A stretch of DNA of 64,000 nt, taken from positions 186,001-250,000 of the forward strand of contig OW569383.1 of NCBI GenBank assembly GCA_937625935.1, read 5' to 3'. The stretch is from Tetramitus jugosus (taxonomy: Eukaryota; Protista; Heterolobosea). Positions 19,193 through 29,240 of this stretch are shown one piece after another (position 1 is the first letter of the stretch; each line of letters opens with the position of its first letter). The notes beneath the pieces were generated by a model. The model worked only from the letters and a program-made list of their open reading frames with translations, was not told the origin of the DNA and did not search any database. Both the position numbers and the translations under genes were made by a program.

Positions 19193-20701
19193 ATGAAAAA
19201 ACTCTTTGCTTCTGAACACGGAACTGGACAACAAGAACAAAAAAAACAAATGAGGACAAAGAGAGCTCGTCAAGAGGAAGAAAGTCACAGACTGAGTGAT
19301 GAAGAGGACCACCAATCCAAAAAACACAAACACGGAAAAAGGAGAAGAGACGATGCAACAAAAAGAGAATTACAGTTTTCTGATCTGCCCATTGATGCCA
19401 TCAAGGAAATTTTAGCTTTTCGACCTTTTGTCTCCATTCCTTGGAGTCAAATGTTGATTTCTTTGGATAACGATTCTTCCGTCAAGAAACTCCAAGATTA
19501 CTTTGGCTATTTTCCAAAGGAGGGAACAACTCCCGCCAAAACCGTACATTTGTTGTTTCCCAATGTCGAGTTCCGGATCAATTCGATGCCGCGTCATATC
19601 ACAAAAGGACATTCCAAATCAAAGAGAGATACTTGTTATTTGGCAGAATTGCTGTTGACTCATGTGGAGAAGCTTTGCATTGATTTTCGATGGTCAAAAG
19701 ATGTCAGAGCTCAAAGCAAATTCTTCAAGAGGTACTTGGCCGGTCGTTTTCACAGTGAATCCAATATGGGAACACAGTTGCGTGAGTGGACTGTTCGTGG
19801 AGGATCTCTTGATCAATTGTTACCTGCGCTGAAGGATGATACTGCCTATCGTGGACTGAGACAAAAGCTGTTGAGAGTTGAGGTGCCCGGACAGAGGAAT
19901 TCTCTGTTTCCCGAAATTTCCTCCATGTACGCCAATTTGAAGTTACTCACAGTAGAAAAGCCTGCCTTCAAGGTGTACATGCCGTGGAGCACTCTCTTCA
20001 CTCCTGCCAGAACTGATGAGTCAGCATCTTTGAGTGCTCATGATGTCTTTGAGTTTGTCGCTGACAAGATGCCACAACTGAGAAATCTTAGGATCATTGG
20101 ATACGTGTACACACCGGAATCTTTTCAAATGTTGGCCACGACGCACAGGCATCTCGAAGAGTTTGTTTTCGACCTGTCAAAGAATTCAGCGATGGATCAG
20201 CTCTTTATGGAATTGGGCAGGCACATATTTTCTGGGATCGAGCTTAATACATCTCTAAGACGAATTCATGTAGTTGGTGGCACTGTGCCGCTACAAGCAC
20301 AAGATTTACAAACATTGGCAAAGAATTCCAAGTTGAGACACTTGACTTTCGAATCAATTCGATTTGATGCTCAATGTGAAAAGCTATTGCCTTCCTTGTC
20401 CATAACCAGTTTATGTTTATTGGATGTAAACATTGAAGCAATTCCAAACATGGTCGAACTGTTGTTGCAGATGCAACAATTGGAGAATTTGTCTGTTGGT
20501 GACGCTGTACTTGATGTAGTTGGGTTATCTCATCTCCTCAAAGAATCCAAGAATCTGAAACAACTTAATTACGTGGTTAGACCACAGCAATTGGTTATGG
20601 GTCCCCTGCTGAAGACACTCGTGCATGACTACTCCAGTGTTTTCCACATTGTTGAGCATCAGACCGTCCTGCAATCAATCATTTCAAAGTACAATCAATA
20701 G
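19193..20701 (+). CDS. F-box / leucine-rich repeat protein (start 19193 or 19250)
   Basis: FSDLPIDAIKEILAF F-box start; repeated LxxLxL (LRNLRI, LRHLTF, LENLSV, LKQLNY). Confidence 0.7.
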   Translation: MKKLFASEHGTGQQEQKKQMRTKRARQEEESHRLSDEEDHQSKKHKHGKRRRDDATKRELQFSDLPIDAIKEILAFRPFVSIPWSQMLISLDNDSSVKKLQDYFGYFPKEGTTPAKTVHLLFPNVEFRINSMPRHITKGHSKSKRDTCYLAELLLTHVEKLCIDFRWSKDVRAQSKFFKRYLAGRFHSESNMGTQLREWTVRGGSLDQLLPALKDDTAYRGLRQKLLRVEVPGQRNSLFPEISSMYANLKLLTVEKPAFKVYMPWSTLFTPARTDESASLSAHDVFEFVADKMPQLRNLRIIGYVYTPESFQMLATTHRHLEEFVFDLSKNSAMDQLFMELGRHIFSGIELNTSLRRIHVVGGTVPLQAQDLQTLAKNSKLRHLTFESIRFDAQCEKLLPSLSITSLCLLDVNIEAIPNMVELLLQMQQLENLSVGDAVLDVVGLSHLLKESKNLKQLNYVVRPQQLVMGPLLKTLVHDYSSVFHIVEHQTVLQSIISKYNQ

Positions 20702-21020
20702 ATGGCCATTCCCTGATACACTCTCATGCGCACTCATGGAATTGTAATCCGAACAGAGAACAGTGGTTTGACACGAGAGAAATAGTTATTCGGTATACGT
20801 TGCGATCATGCTCTTTTTTTGTGAGAGCTTCTAAAGTTGGAAATTTTGATCCTGGATAGATCACGTCCTAAAGTTGACATTGATGTGACTTGATCAAATG
20901 ATACAACTGCACAACTCACGATCTCTTGTGTTTCACTGCTCAAGGTCAATCCAAAAAAACGAAACAGAATTGTAGATCTACTAGTACATAGAAGTTACAA
21001 ACTAACTTTGTAGAGACACA

Positions 21021-22571
21021 ATGTTCATGTTTACGAACAAGACAACGCCACCAGTGGCAAAAATGATCAAGGATTCAGCCATCCTACTGCGCGACAATCA
21101 AGACTTGGATGCCATCCTGGACAGTATCGACTCCAACGTCAAAGTTGTGATGATTGGAGAGGCCAGTCACGGCACACATGATTTTTATCAGATGAGAGCC
21201 GAGTTGACCAAGCGTCTCATTGCGGAACGAGGCTTCAACATGGTGACAGCAGAAGCCGATTGGCCCGACACCTATCGTGTCAACAAATTTGTCAAGAATA
21301 TGAACACGAGAGACAAGACTTCTGTGGAGAGTTTGTCCGACTACGACCGTTTCCCACGATGGATGTGGAGAAATTTGGTTGTGACACAGTTTCTTGACTG
21401 GCTTCGTTCCTACAATGACTCACACTTCCAACAGCAGGACTACATGAAAAAGGTTGGATTCTACGGATTGGACATGTATAGTCTAAACAGTTCGTTGGAC
21501 GCCGTTATCAAATACTTTGATTCGGTGGATAAGGAGAAGGCTGAAATTGCTCGACAATACTATTCGTGTTTTGACAGATTCGGAGGGGATTCTCAATTCT
21601 ATGGATCCAAGACGGGTAAGGGACTGGACAAGGGATGTGAGAAGGAAGTCCTGCAAGTCATTCGCGACTTGTTCTCACGAAAGAGTCAAGAAATGTTTGG
21701 TAGTTCTGACACTCAAAGCCAAGAAGACTACTTTTGTGCACAAATCAATGCCACTGTAGTTCGTGACGCTGAGCGTTACTATAGAAACATGTTTGACAAG
21801 TATGATGGGGAGAACACGTGGAACATTAGAGATACGCACATGTTGAAAACCTTGGTTTCTCTCTTGGGTAACTATCCCAACGGAAAGGCAGTTGTATGGG
21901 CTCACAACAGTCACCTCGGAGATGCTTCTGAAACAGCGATGGGAGCCCGCAGAGAAGTCAACCTGGGTCAATTAGTCCGAGGTCACTTTGGTATGGACCA
22001 GTGTTACAATATTGGTTTTACAACCTATAATGGCACTGTCACTGCTGCTCATAATTGGGACAAGGATCCTCAATTCATGCCTGTTAATCCTGGAATGGAA
22101 GGCTCCTATGAAAAGTTATTCCATGATGCACTTCCTCACATGAATATTGATATGACGAATCCGTTGCCTTATGCGCTCATCTTCCGTGGCTTGGGCAATC
22201 AAAATCATGTCGCACACTCTGATCTGATCCGTGAATTGACTCACAAGAGATTGGAGAGAGCCATTGGTGTGATCTATAGACCAAAAACAGAGAGATACAG
22301 TCACTATTTCCAGAGTTGTTTGCCCAGACAGTTTGATGCTGTGATTCATATTGAAACAACGTTGGCTCTGTTCCCATTGGAGTTGCATCCTCAATGGATT
22401 ACCGGTCAAAGAGAACATGCACCTAGTGCCTATCCTGGTATTGCTCATTTGGATGCAAAGAAGTATGAATTTGAAGGATTCTTCGATCCTAGTCACTATG
22501 ACTTTGGTCCCGACTTTATGACCAAGATGCACGATAGAGGATCTACCTCTCAACAAACCACCAATCCTTAG
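21021..22571 (+). CDS. Erythromycin esterase (EreA/EreB) family protein
   Basis: IGEASHGTHDFY, EADWPD, FPRWMWRN, FYGLDMYS, WNIRDTHM, WAHNSHLGDA, RAIGVIYRP, QFDAVIH. Confidence 0.92.
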   Translation: MFMFTNKTTPPVAKMIKDSAILLRDNQDLDAILDSIDSNVKVVMIGEASHGTHDFYQMRAELTKRLIAERGFNMVTAEADWPDTYRVNKFVKNMNTRDKTSVESLSDYDRFPRWMWRNLVVTQFLDWLRSYNDSHFQQQDYMKKVGFYGLDMYSLNSSLDAVIKYFDSVDKEKAEIARQYYSCFDRFGGDSQFYGSKTGKGLDKGCEKEVLQVIRDLFSRKSQEMFGSSDTQSQEDYFCAQINATVVRDAERYYRNMFDKYDGENTWNIRDTHMLKTLVSLLGNYPNGKAVVWAHNSHLGDASETAMGARREVNLGQLVRGHFGMDQCYNIGFTTYNGTVTAAHNWDKDPQFMPVNPGMEGSYEKLFHDALPHMNIDMTNPLPYALIFRGLGNQNHVAHSDLIRELTHKRLERAIGVIYRPKTERYSHYFQSCLPRQFDAVIHIETTLALFPLELHPQWITGQREHAPSAYPGIAHLDAKKYEFEGFFDPSHYDFGPDFMTKMHDRGSTSQQTTNP

Positions 22572-22648
22572 TGACACTAAACTCTGTAAATACATGTAAA
22601 GTTTAATAATGATTCAAATTGACCTTCATCCTTTGTTATTTCGAAGGA

Positions 22649-24076
22649 TCAACACCGCATCAGTGAAGAGTTAGAGTAGTTACATGGTGTTGTTTCAGGA
22701 ATAATGTATGCAGAGCTCGTGAACTTCAATGAAGGTAATGAAATGAAGCTGATGTAGTCTTCAAAGGTCATTTCAATGAAGAATGAAGTGTAACCAGATT
22801 GTGGTATGTCTACTGCGGTAGTCCACTCAAAAGAACTCTGGTCTGTCAAGTCCTGTGACTCGTAGCAAGCTCCAGTGATACCGATTCTGAAATCTCGAGC
22901 ATTTGGATTGGTGCATGACCACAGAAGAACTTTTGTTGGTCTCTTTCCCTTGATGAGAGTCACTGTCAGGTTGGCACCCGTTGAAGTATCCACTTTCTCG
23001 AATGTGTAATCAGGTAGTTCAATATTGTTCACCAGGAGAAAGTAAATTGAAATAATCGTCAATTGTGCATCTGACCCACTTAGGTCGTGTCCTGTGTTTG
23101 GTACATACCGAATTCTCTTGTCCGTTCCAGGGAGTTGTAAATACGAAAAAGACGAACCATCCGGCCAGAAGAAGTCATCATTGGCACTATTGACAATTAT
23201 CTTGGTCATGTTTGTTAATCTCTCCGCAAACACCAATGGATCTATCAGATTGATCAATTCTCTCAGAGAATCCTCGTCTGCACTTGTGATGTTCATTGCC
23301 ACATAGTCGTCCAAGGCTTCAGGCCATCCACAAAGTGAGTTATGAATGTTCTTAAACACTTTCTCCATATTCAACAAGTCTATCACAACCGGGATGACAG
23401 TTTTAACCCGTTCGGTATCAGCAGCGGCTGTCAACCAAGCATCCCAACCTCTCTTTGACGCGCCAACAACAGTAAATCTCTCCACATTGATGTTGAATTT
23501 GCTCTTGGTGACAACTTGAGCTACGTCCATGCCTCTCACAGATGCCTTGACCATAGGGAACAATACGATCCATTTTGGATCTCCAGTGTCAAGAAATTGT
23601 TTAAAGCCATAGGCCAATAATGAATCTTCTTGTCTCTCCTTCTGAAGAGGGTCATCAGTGAAGCGTAATGGTTGCGTTGGGATGTTGCACAACCCAACAA
23701 CAATCGATCCAGTAAGAATCGAAGTCTGTGTAATTAATGGATCCAACAGACTTGGAATATCGTTCATCTGACCACCTTGTATCAGTAACAAAGCTTCATC
23801 CGTCACCCTCAGAATATCTGGTACACTGATCAACATGTGGTGTGTCCATTTTGGTTGGGAAACTATTTGTTCATCGAGCCAAGTCTGAGATGTCATGTTG
23901 ACCAGTAGAACCGTCAGACCAGAGAATTTCACAGTCCTCCAGACAGAGTACTCGAACGAACTGTCGGGAGCATTGACAAAATCGTCGAGGGGAGCTGCTG
24001 ACACACGATAAGGGATGGCCATCAACTCCCAAACGAGTACAACAAGGAGAAACGCAAGCAGAGAGTAGATCTTCAT
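22649..24076 (-). CDS. Secreted PqaA / AprA-family alpha/beta-hydrolase-fold protein
   Basis: Signal peptide; LDDFVNAPD, MTSQTWL, FPMVKASVRGMD, GASKRGW, DDFFWPD, PNTGH, NPNARDFR. Confidence 0.88.
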   Translation of the reverse strand: MKIYSLLAFLLVVLVWELMAIPYRVSAAPLDDFVNAPDSSFEYSVWRTVKFSGLTVLLVNMTSQTWLDEQIVSQPKWTHHMLISVPDILRVTDEALLLIQGGQMNDIPSLLDPLITQTSILTGSIVVGLCNIPTQPLRFTDDPLQKERQEDSLLAYGFKQFLDTGDPKWIVLFPMVKASVRGMDVAQVVTKSKFNINVERFTVVGASKRGWDAWLTAAADTERVKTVIPVVIDLLNMEKVFKNIHNSLCGWPEALDDYVAMNITSADEDSLRELINLIDPLVFAERLTNMTKIIVNSANDDFFWPDGSSFSYLQLPGTDKRIRYVPNTGHDLSGSDAQLTIISIYFLLVNNIELPDYTFEKVDTSTGANLTVTLIKGKRPTKVLLWSCTNPNARDFRIGITGACYESQDLTDQSSFEWTTAVDIPQSGYTSFFIEMTFEDYISFISLPSLKFTSSAYIIPETTPCNYSNSSLMRC

Positions 24077-24249
24077 ATTCTTGAGATTGTTTTAGTGGAT
24101 TGGAAGAGCAGAAGTCCAAACAAAAACCAGGTTGTGTAAATGGCACAGCACCATGTTTTGACAAAAAAGAAGCATCCAATACAACGCCAGCGAATGAACT
24201 TGGACTTATTGTAATATTCCGTCTAACAAAACTCCTCCCAAACGAAAAA

Positions 24250-24933
24250 ATGCAAAGACTGCTGATCCGCTCACAACAAAGATGGAAAGCTTTCCAACAT
24301 TTGGGTTCTCGCTCTGCTGAAATCACAACAACTCAGCCAAGATTGTCCGCCATTTGGCGCCCCATTCAAGCCCACGCTTACAGCACAGAAGCTTCAACTC
24401 CGACAGCAGTGGGCGCCGAAAATCACAACTCCGCTGCCACTACGAACAATTCAACAACAGCAGTTAAGGCATCCAACAATGCAGCTCCAGCAACTTTCGA
24501 TGAGATCTCTATTGATGACTTCGCAAAGATTAATCTAGCTGTGGGAACCATTCTGAAGGTCGAAACTGTGCCCAAGTCCAAGAAGCTTTTTAAGCTCACT
24601 GTCGACCTAGGCCAATCGGCAGCACCAAACCAAAGCTCTGATGCAGAATCAAGTACTGCTTCTACGTCCAATATTAGAACTATTCTCTCTGGTGTTCGCC
24701 AATACTATCCCACTGAGGAGTCCATTCAACAGTTTTTGTTGAACAAGCAGTGCATTGTTGTGGAGAATTTGAAGCCACGTAGTATGATGGGTCATTTGTC
24801 TCATGGAATGATATTGTTTGCAACAGGTGTTGACTCTGAAGGAAATCCAAGTATTTCTCTGGTGAATCCAAACAACCAACAGAACAAGTCGGAGGCTGAT
24901 ACCGTTGTTGTGAACGGTACGAGGGTCATGTAA
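24250..24933 (+). CDS. Stand-alone tRNA-binding OB-fold (Trbp111/CsaA/MetRS C-terminal type) with mitochondrial-type presequence
   Basis: ISIDDFAKINLAVGTILKVE..KKLFKLTVDLG..RTILSGVRQYY..VENLKPRSMMGHLSHGMIL; N-terminus MQRLLIRSQQRW...HAYSTE. Confidence 0.85.
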   Translation: MQRLLIRSQQRWKAFQHLGSRSAEITTTQPRLSAIWRPIQAHAYSTEASTPTAVGAENHNSAATTNNSTTAVKASNNAAPATFDEISIDDFAKINLAVGTILKVETVPKSKKLFKLTVDLGQSAAPNQSSDAESSTASTSNIRTILSGVRQYYPTEESIQQFLLNKQCIVVENLKPRSMMGHLSHGMILFATGVDSEGNPSISLVNPNNQQNKSEADTVVVNGTRVM

Positions 24934-24981
24934 CGAAATTAAACAATTTTATATTACTATTGTATTTATGTATTTATGTAT

Positions 24982-25914
24982 TTACATGTGAAGAAGCAAA
25001 GAGGGATTGAAGTCGATTCGCTGACCCTTCATATAACTCCCCAATTGGTTGGTTACGATTCTAATGTTGTGTGTATTGGGAAGTGATTCAGACTTTAGAG
25101 TGAAATTTACGTTATCATGCGTACTGATGGGCAAAAACAAGTTAGAAAGACTTCAAGTGTCACAACAAATGAGAAAAATTATTACTTACTGCCCGAAACA
25201 CCAATATTCAATGATATCACCGAACGAATCCTGTATCTTTCCTTTCAGCGCTTCTGTGCTGTATGTTTGGCTGTACACTGGATCCGTTTGATATCTTCCA
25301 GTGTCTACACTCTTCTTTGTAGGAGCATGATGAGTCAATAGAACAACTCTCTTCTGGTCCAGTTTAGCTTTCTCTAGTTGATTCTCAATCCATGTGAGTT
25401 GTTCTTGATGAAGCTGATTCCGAACGGTCGGTGAGAAACCTTCTCTCTTTCCGTTTGACCTGACTTGAGATGGATCATCTGATAAGATGTGCTTGAAATC
25501 CGAGATGGCCAATTGACACTTTTCAAACACTTCCTTTTCCATGTGAGACCACAATGTAGCTCCAACAAATCGAACGTTATCTACGTCAAATGTCTGACAA
25601 TCCAACAGGACAACATTGTGCAACTGGAGTTCATTGGGAACAACACTCTCAAAGTAATGATGCCAGAATGTTTTAGCAGTAGTGAATGTGTCATGATAGA
25701 ATTCATGATTACCCAAGATCACCAACACATGTTCAAACTGAGGACTCAGTAGCTTCAACAATTCATCATAGGCAGCTCTCTTTGGTATCGTGCTTATATC
25801 GCCCAATAGGCAACAAACTCGACCCAAGGGTTCAATCTGGGGCATCGTACGTAATGTGTACGGAATCTCCAAATGGAGATCGCTGAATATTTGGAATGTG
25901 ACTGGTTGGTTCAT
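24982..25914 (-). CDS. Calcineurin-like metallophosphoesterase; exons 25914-25190 and 25123-24982 (288 aa)
   Basis: SDLHLE, LLGDI, GNHEFY, GATLWS, THHAP; 66-nt intron GTAAGT..CTAAC..TCAG restores WCFGHTH. Confidence 0.9.
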
Positions 25915-25973
25915 TTGTCTTTCTGTGTTGTCTGGTAGCTTCTTGGCAAGTGGGAACTTGTGCTTTTATTTCA

Positions 25974-26207
25974 ATGGTTCGTGACCTTTCAGACCATGAA
26001 AGGGAACTTGAGATTGAACTTGATGTTCCAGAACAGCATCCAGTTCTCTTACACTCAAATGTTCTTGACATCTTTGAAGACGAAACGATTCAGAGACGAG
26101 CTCAAATTGAACAGAATTGCGAATTCCAGCAACAGCAACTGAATTTCACAGAGGCAAGCTTAAGAAGATATTTATTCCGAAGCGTGCTTTACGATCGGCA
26201 AAACTAA
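25974..26207 (+). CDS. Possible small acidic protein (77 aa)
   Basis: ORF with protein-like composition, but only 60 nt from the divergent start and no family recognised. Confidence 0.3.
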   Translation: MVRDLSDHERELEIELDVPEQHPVLLHSNVLDIFEDETIQRRAQIEQNCEFQQQQLNFTEASLRRYLFRSVLYDRQN

Positions 26208-26383
26208 TCTTCGATCGGGCTTCACATTCGGTGGCTCTGACTTGGCGAGCATGGCCTGTGGCAAAAATCACACACAAGCTCCTGAAAATATGTCTGCCCA
26301 ATAATTCAACAACAGAATTTGGTTGAATTCAAAACACACAAAAGCTTTCATCAACAACAAGGAGCAATTTCCCAACAATATAA

Positions 26384-28825
26384 ATGTCCTCTTCTATTCA
26401 CTCTGCCATGATGGAACAGGAGGAAGATGAGAGAGAAGAGCGATTGGCTCAATCTTCATCACGGTCTTCACTATTGTCCTCTGCTAGTCGTTCTTCAAAG
26501 AAAAAGATGAAGCAACAAAATGATGACTATGACAACTATGAAGAAGAGAATTTTGATGTGCATGCACAAAATGTTGCTGCATCTTCTTCTGAAGTTGTGA
26601 TTGTTGTGAATGACAATGTCGACGAACGACCATCTACTGCACAAAAAAATGGCGCGCAATTGTCGGGGATGGAAGAAAATTTTGGCGCGGAAATCATCGT
26701 ACTGGATGAACCACCATCGCCTTCGCTTCCTAGCGTACACCCCTCGCTCCTCTCTCGCCGCAGCAAGGCCAAGGAAATTTCCCCACTGCCCCAAAGCTTA
26801 CACGTCTACAGTAATACAACTGCCACCACGAGCAGCGGCAATCAGTTTAGCTCTCAGCAACCAACAGCAGGAGACTATAGCTATGGTCATCACCATTATC
26901 GTGTCAACTCAAACACGTTCCCCAATATTCCCTCAGTGTCCTCCATTGGTTCTATCGCTTCATTGGACGATGAAAGTTCCATGATTGATGAAGAGATGCA
27001 AGAAGTGTCTCCAATGCCAAATATTCATTCTCATCAAGGTGGTGGTAGTAGTAGTAACAATGGTGGTGGTGGTGGTCATCATGGCAATGCTGGACATGTG
27101 TTTGCAGCAAATGAGTTGACTGCCGATTATGATCAACCATCTCCAACGTCTCCCATGAGTCATGATCACGTCATGATACGTGTTCAGTCAGAAGATGGCA
27201 TCTCAGAGTCTACAATGGAAGCAAAGTATCACATGGAGCACTTGAAGGATATTATGATGCTAGAGTTGCATGGAGACAAGATTCCGTTGAGTAATTTTCG
27301 TGAAAAGAAGATTATTTTGCCTAGTGAGAGTCTAAAGGCCAAGGAAATGGCTATCGAAAGTAAAGTGAAACTCAGAGATAAGAGAATTGAGAGATGGAAG
27401 AAGGCAATGGAGAGAGCAAAAGCCGGTTTGAGTAGTTCACTCAGTATGGAGAGTCTGGTGGGTCAATCTGAAAATTCTCTCATTCAAAAGCTGAAGGATC
27501 GATGCTTGAATGGACCCTTGTTCTCCTTCCGTAAGAAGGATGACAAGAAAAAGATTTATGATGTGAGAAGAGAGGATTTGGATGATGTCAAGGGTATTAT
27601 TATGGATCTGGGGTATGCATTATCCATGTACGGTGTGCCTTCTCATCGATTAGAGTATTATTGTGCGTTGATCGCGAGCTTTTATGGAATTATGTGTACG
27701 ACGTTTAGTGTGCCGACTGGATTGTTCTTTTGTTTTGGAAATTATGACGAGAAGGACGCCGGTACCTACATTATCAAAATTACGAGCTCTTCACTCAATT
27801 TATCAAAGTTGTGTCAATTGGATGATGTTGCTGAGAGGATTGCACGTGGTCAATGCACAATTGCCTATGCTCGCCGGAAGATTAAGGAGATTATCGAGTC
27901 AAGGCCATTGTATAACAATGTGATGCTGACAATCTTCTCCTGTTTTTTACAATCGGGCATGTTTAGTGTTTTCTTTAGTGCGAATATGGGAGAGGTTTTG
28001 GCGTCTTTTGTGGCCGGATTGGTCGTTGGTATTCTAAGTGTGGTGTCCAATTATTATGAATCGATTGGACAAGTGGTTGGTATTCTGTGCGGTGTCGTGT
28101 CTGGTGTCGTCGGAATTGCGTTCAAGGTCATTCTAGGCTCTTACTATCCAGTATCGGTGTTTATTATCGCATTGAATGGTGTCATTTCGCTGTTGCCTGG
28201 TCTTACGTTCACAGTTTCCATTACAGAGTTATCCGCGCGGCAACTGCTATCCGGTTCATCTAGATTAATGTCTGCATTTGTTGCTGTGATTCAACTGGGT
28301 TTCGGTGTTTTGATTGCTGACAAGATGGCTCATTTCGTGAAATCGATTGATATTTTCATCACGATGCCCGATCAATTAATCAGAGAGGCACCCAAACCAT
28401 GGTTACTTGCAATTGTGATTCCTATTTTGGCACTATCGACTGTTATCCAATTCAAGGCGCCAAAGTATCCACTCGCTCTCTTCTTCATCATTGCCGATGC
28501 CTATGCAGGTTTCTTCTCCACGTACTTTTGCACAATGATGTTTGGAAAAGAAATGGGAGCTATTGTGGGTGCATTCAGTGTCGGTGTGGTCGCAAACATT
28601 TATGGACTCGTGTGTGGGCATCCTAGTATTGTTGTGTCTACATGTGGAATCATTTACTTGGTGCCTGGTTCGCTGGGATATCGCTCAGTGGATGCATTCT
28701 TGCAAAATGATTCCACACGTGGTCTGGCCTTTATCTTTGACATGTTCATCACGGGCATATCACTCACGGTAGGATTGTTGCTGGCTGACTTGTTTGCCCT
28801 AAAACGGAAGAAGCTTTCATTATGA
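26384..28825 (+). CDS. ThrE/Prm10 (DUF1212) family membrane transporter with long disordered N-terminus
   Basis: LGYALSMYGVPSHRLE, LNLSKL, SLLPGLTFTVSITEL...SGSSRL, GIIYLVPGSLG; about 10 TM helices. Confidence 0.88.
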   Translation: MSSSIHSAMMEQEEDEREERLAQSSSRSSLLSSASRSSKKKMKQQNDDYDNYEEENFDVHAQNVAASSSEVVIVVNDNVDERPSTAQKNGAQLSGMEENFGAEIIVLDEPPSPSLPSVHPSLLSRRSKAKEISPLPQSLHVYSNTTATTSSGNQFSSQQPTAGDYSYGHHHYRVNSNTFPNIPSVSSIGSIASLDDESSMIDEEMQEVSPMPNIHSHQGGGSSSNNGGGGGHHGNAGHVFAANELTADYDQPSPTSPMSHDHVMIRVQSEDGISESTMEAKYHMEHLKDIMMLELHGDKIPLSNFREKKIILPSESLKAKEMAIESKVKLRDKRIERWKKAMERAKAGLSSSLSMESLVGQSENSLIQKLKDRCLNGPLFSFRKKDDKKKIYDVRREDLDDVKGIIMDLGYALSMYGVPSHRLEYYCALIASFYGIMCTTFSVPTGLFFCFGNYDEKDAGTYIIKITSSSLNLSKLCQLDDVAERIARGQCTIAYARRKIKEIIESRPLYNNVMLTIFSCFLQSGMFSVFFSANMGEVLASFVAGLVVGILSVVSNYYESIGQVVGILCGVVSGVVGIAFKVILGSYYPVSVFIIALNGVISLLPGLTFTVSITELSARQLLSGSSRLMSAFVAVIQLGFGVLIADKMAHFVKSIDIFITMPDQLIREAPKPWLLAIVIPILALSTVIQFKAPKYPLALFFIIADAYAGFFSTYFCTMMFGKEMGAIVGAFSVGVVANIYGLVCGHPSIVVSTCGIIYLVPGSLGYRSVDAFLQNDSTRGLAFIFDMFITGISLTVGLLLADLFALKRKKLSL

Positions 28826-29240
28826 GAACAAGCAATAAAAGTTGGAGTTGTTAAACGACGTCAGTAACCCGCAAGTTATCAACATAGAATGGTTCAGACG
28901 GTAATTCCATTAGTGTATTAAAATAAAAGCATCATTCGATCGCTTCAGTATCAACTGTGCTTGGATCTACCATTTCCACACAACTGATGAAAAAGACCTG
29001 AGACACAAAATAATTACGGTTTCGGAAAGGGAAAAAAATATTTATTTTCCCATATGATTGGAATAATCATGACTGGGTGTTGTGAGTTGTTTAACTCGTG
29101 GTGATTTGCAGGCATCCTAGCATACCGCTGCATTTCTGTTACTCTTGAAACCACAGGAAAACAAAGCAATTCCAAACACGAGGCCCAAGACAAACAGAAC
29201 ACTAGTGACAATATTATGCCAATACTGTTTCCCAAGTTCT

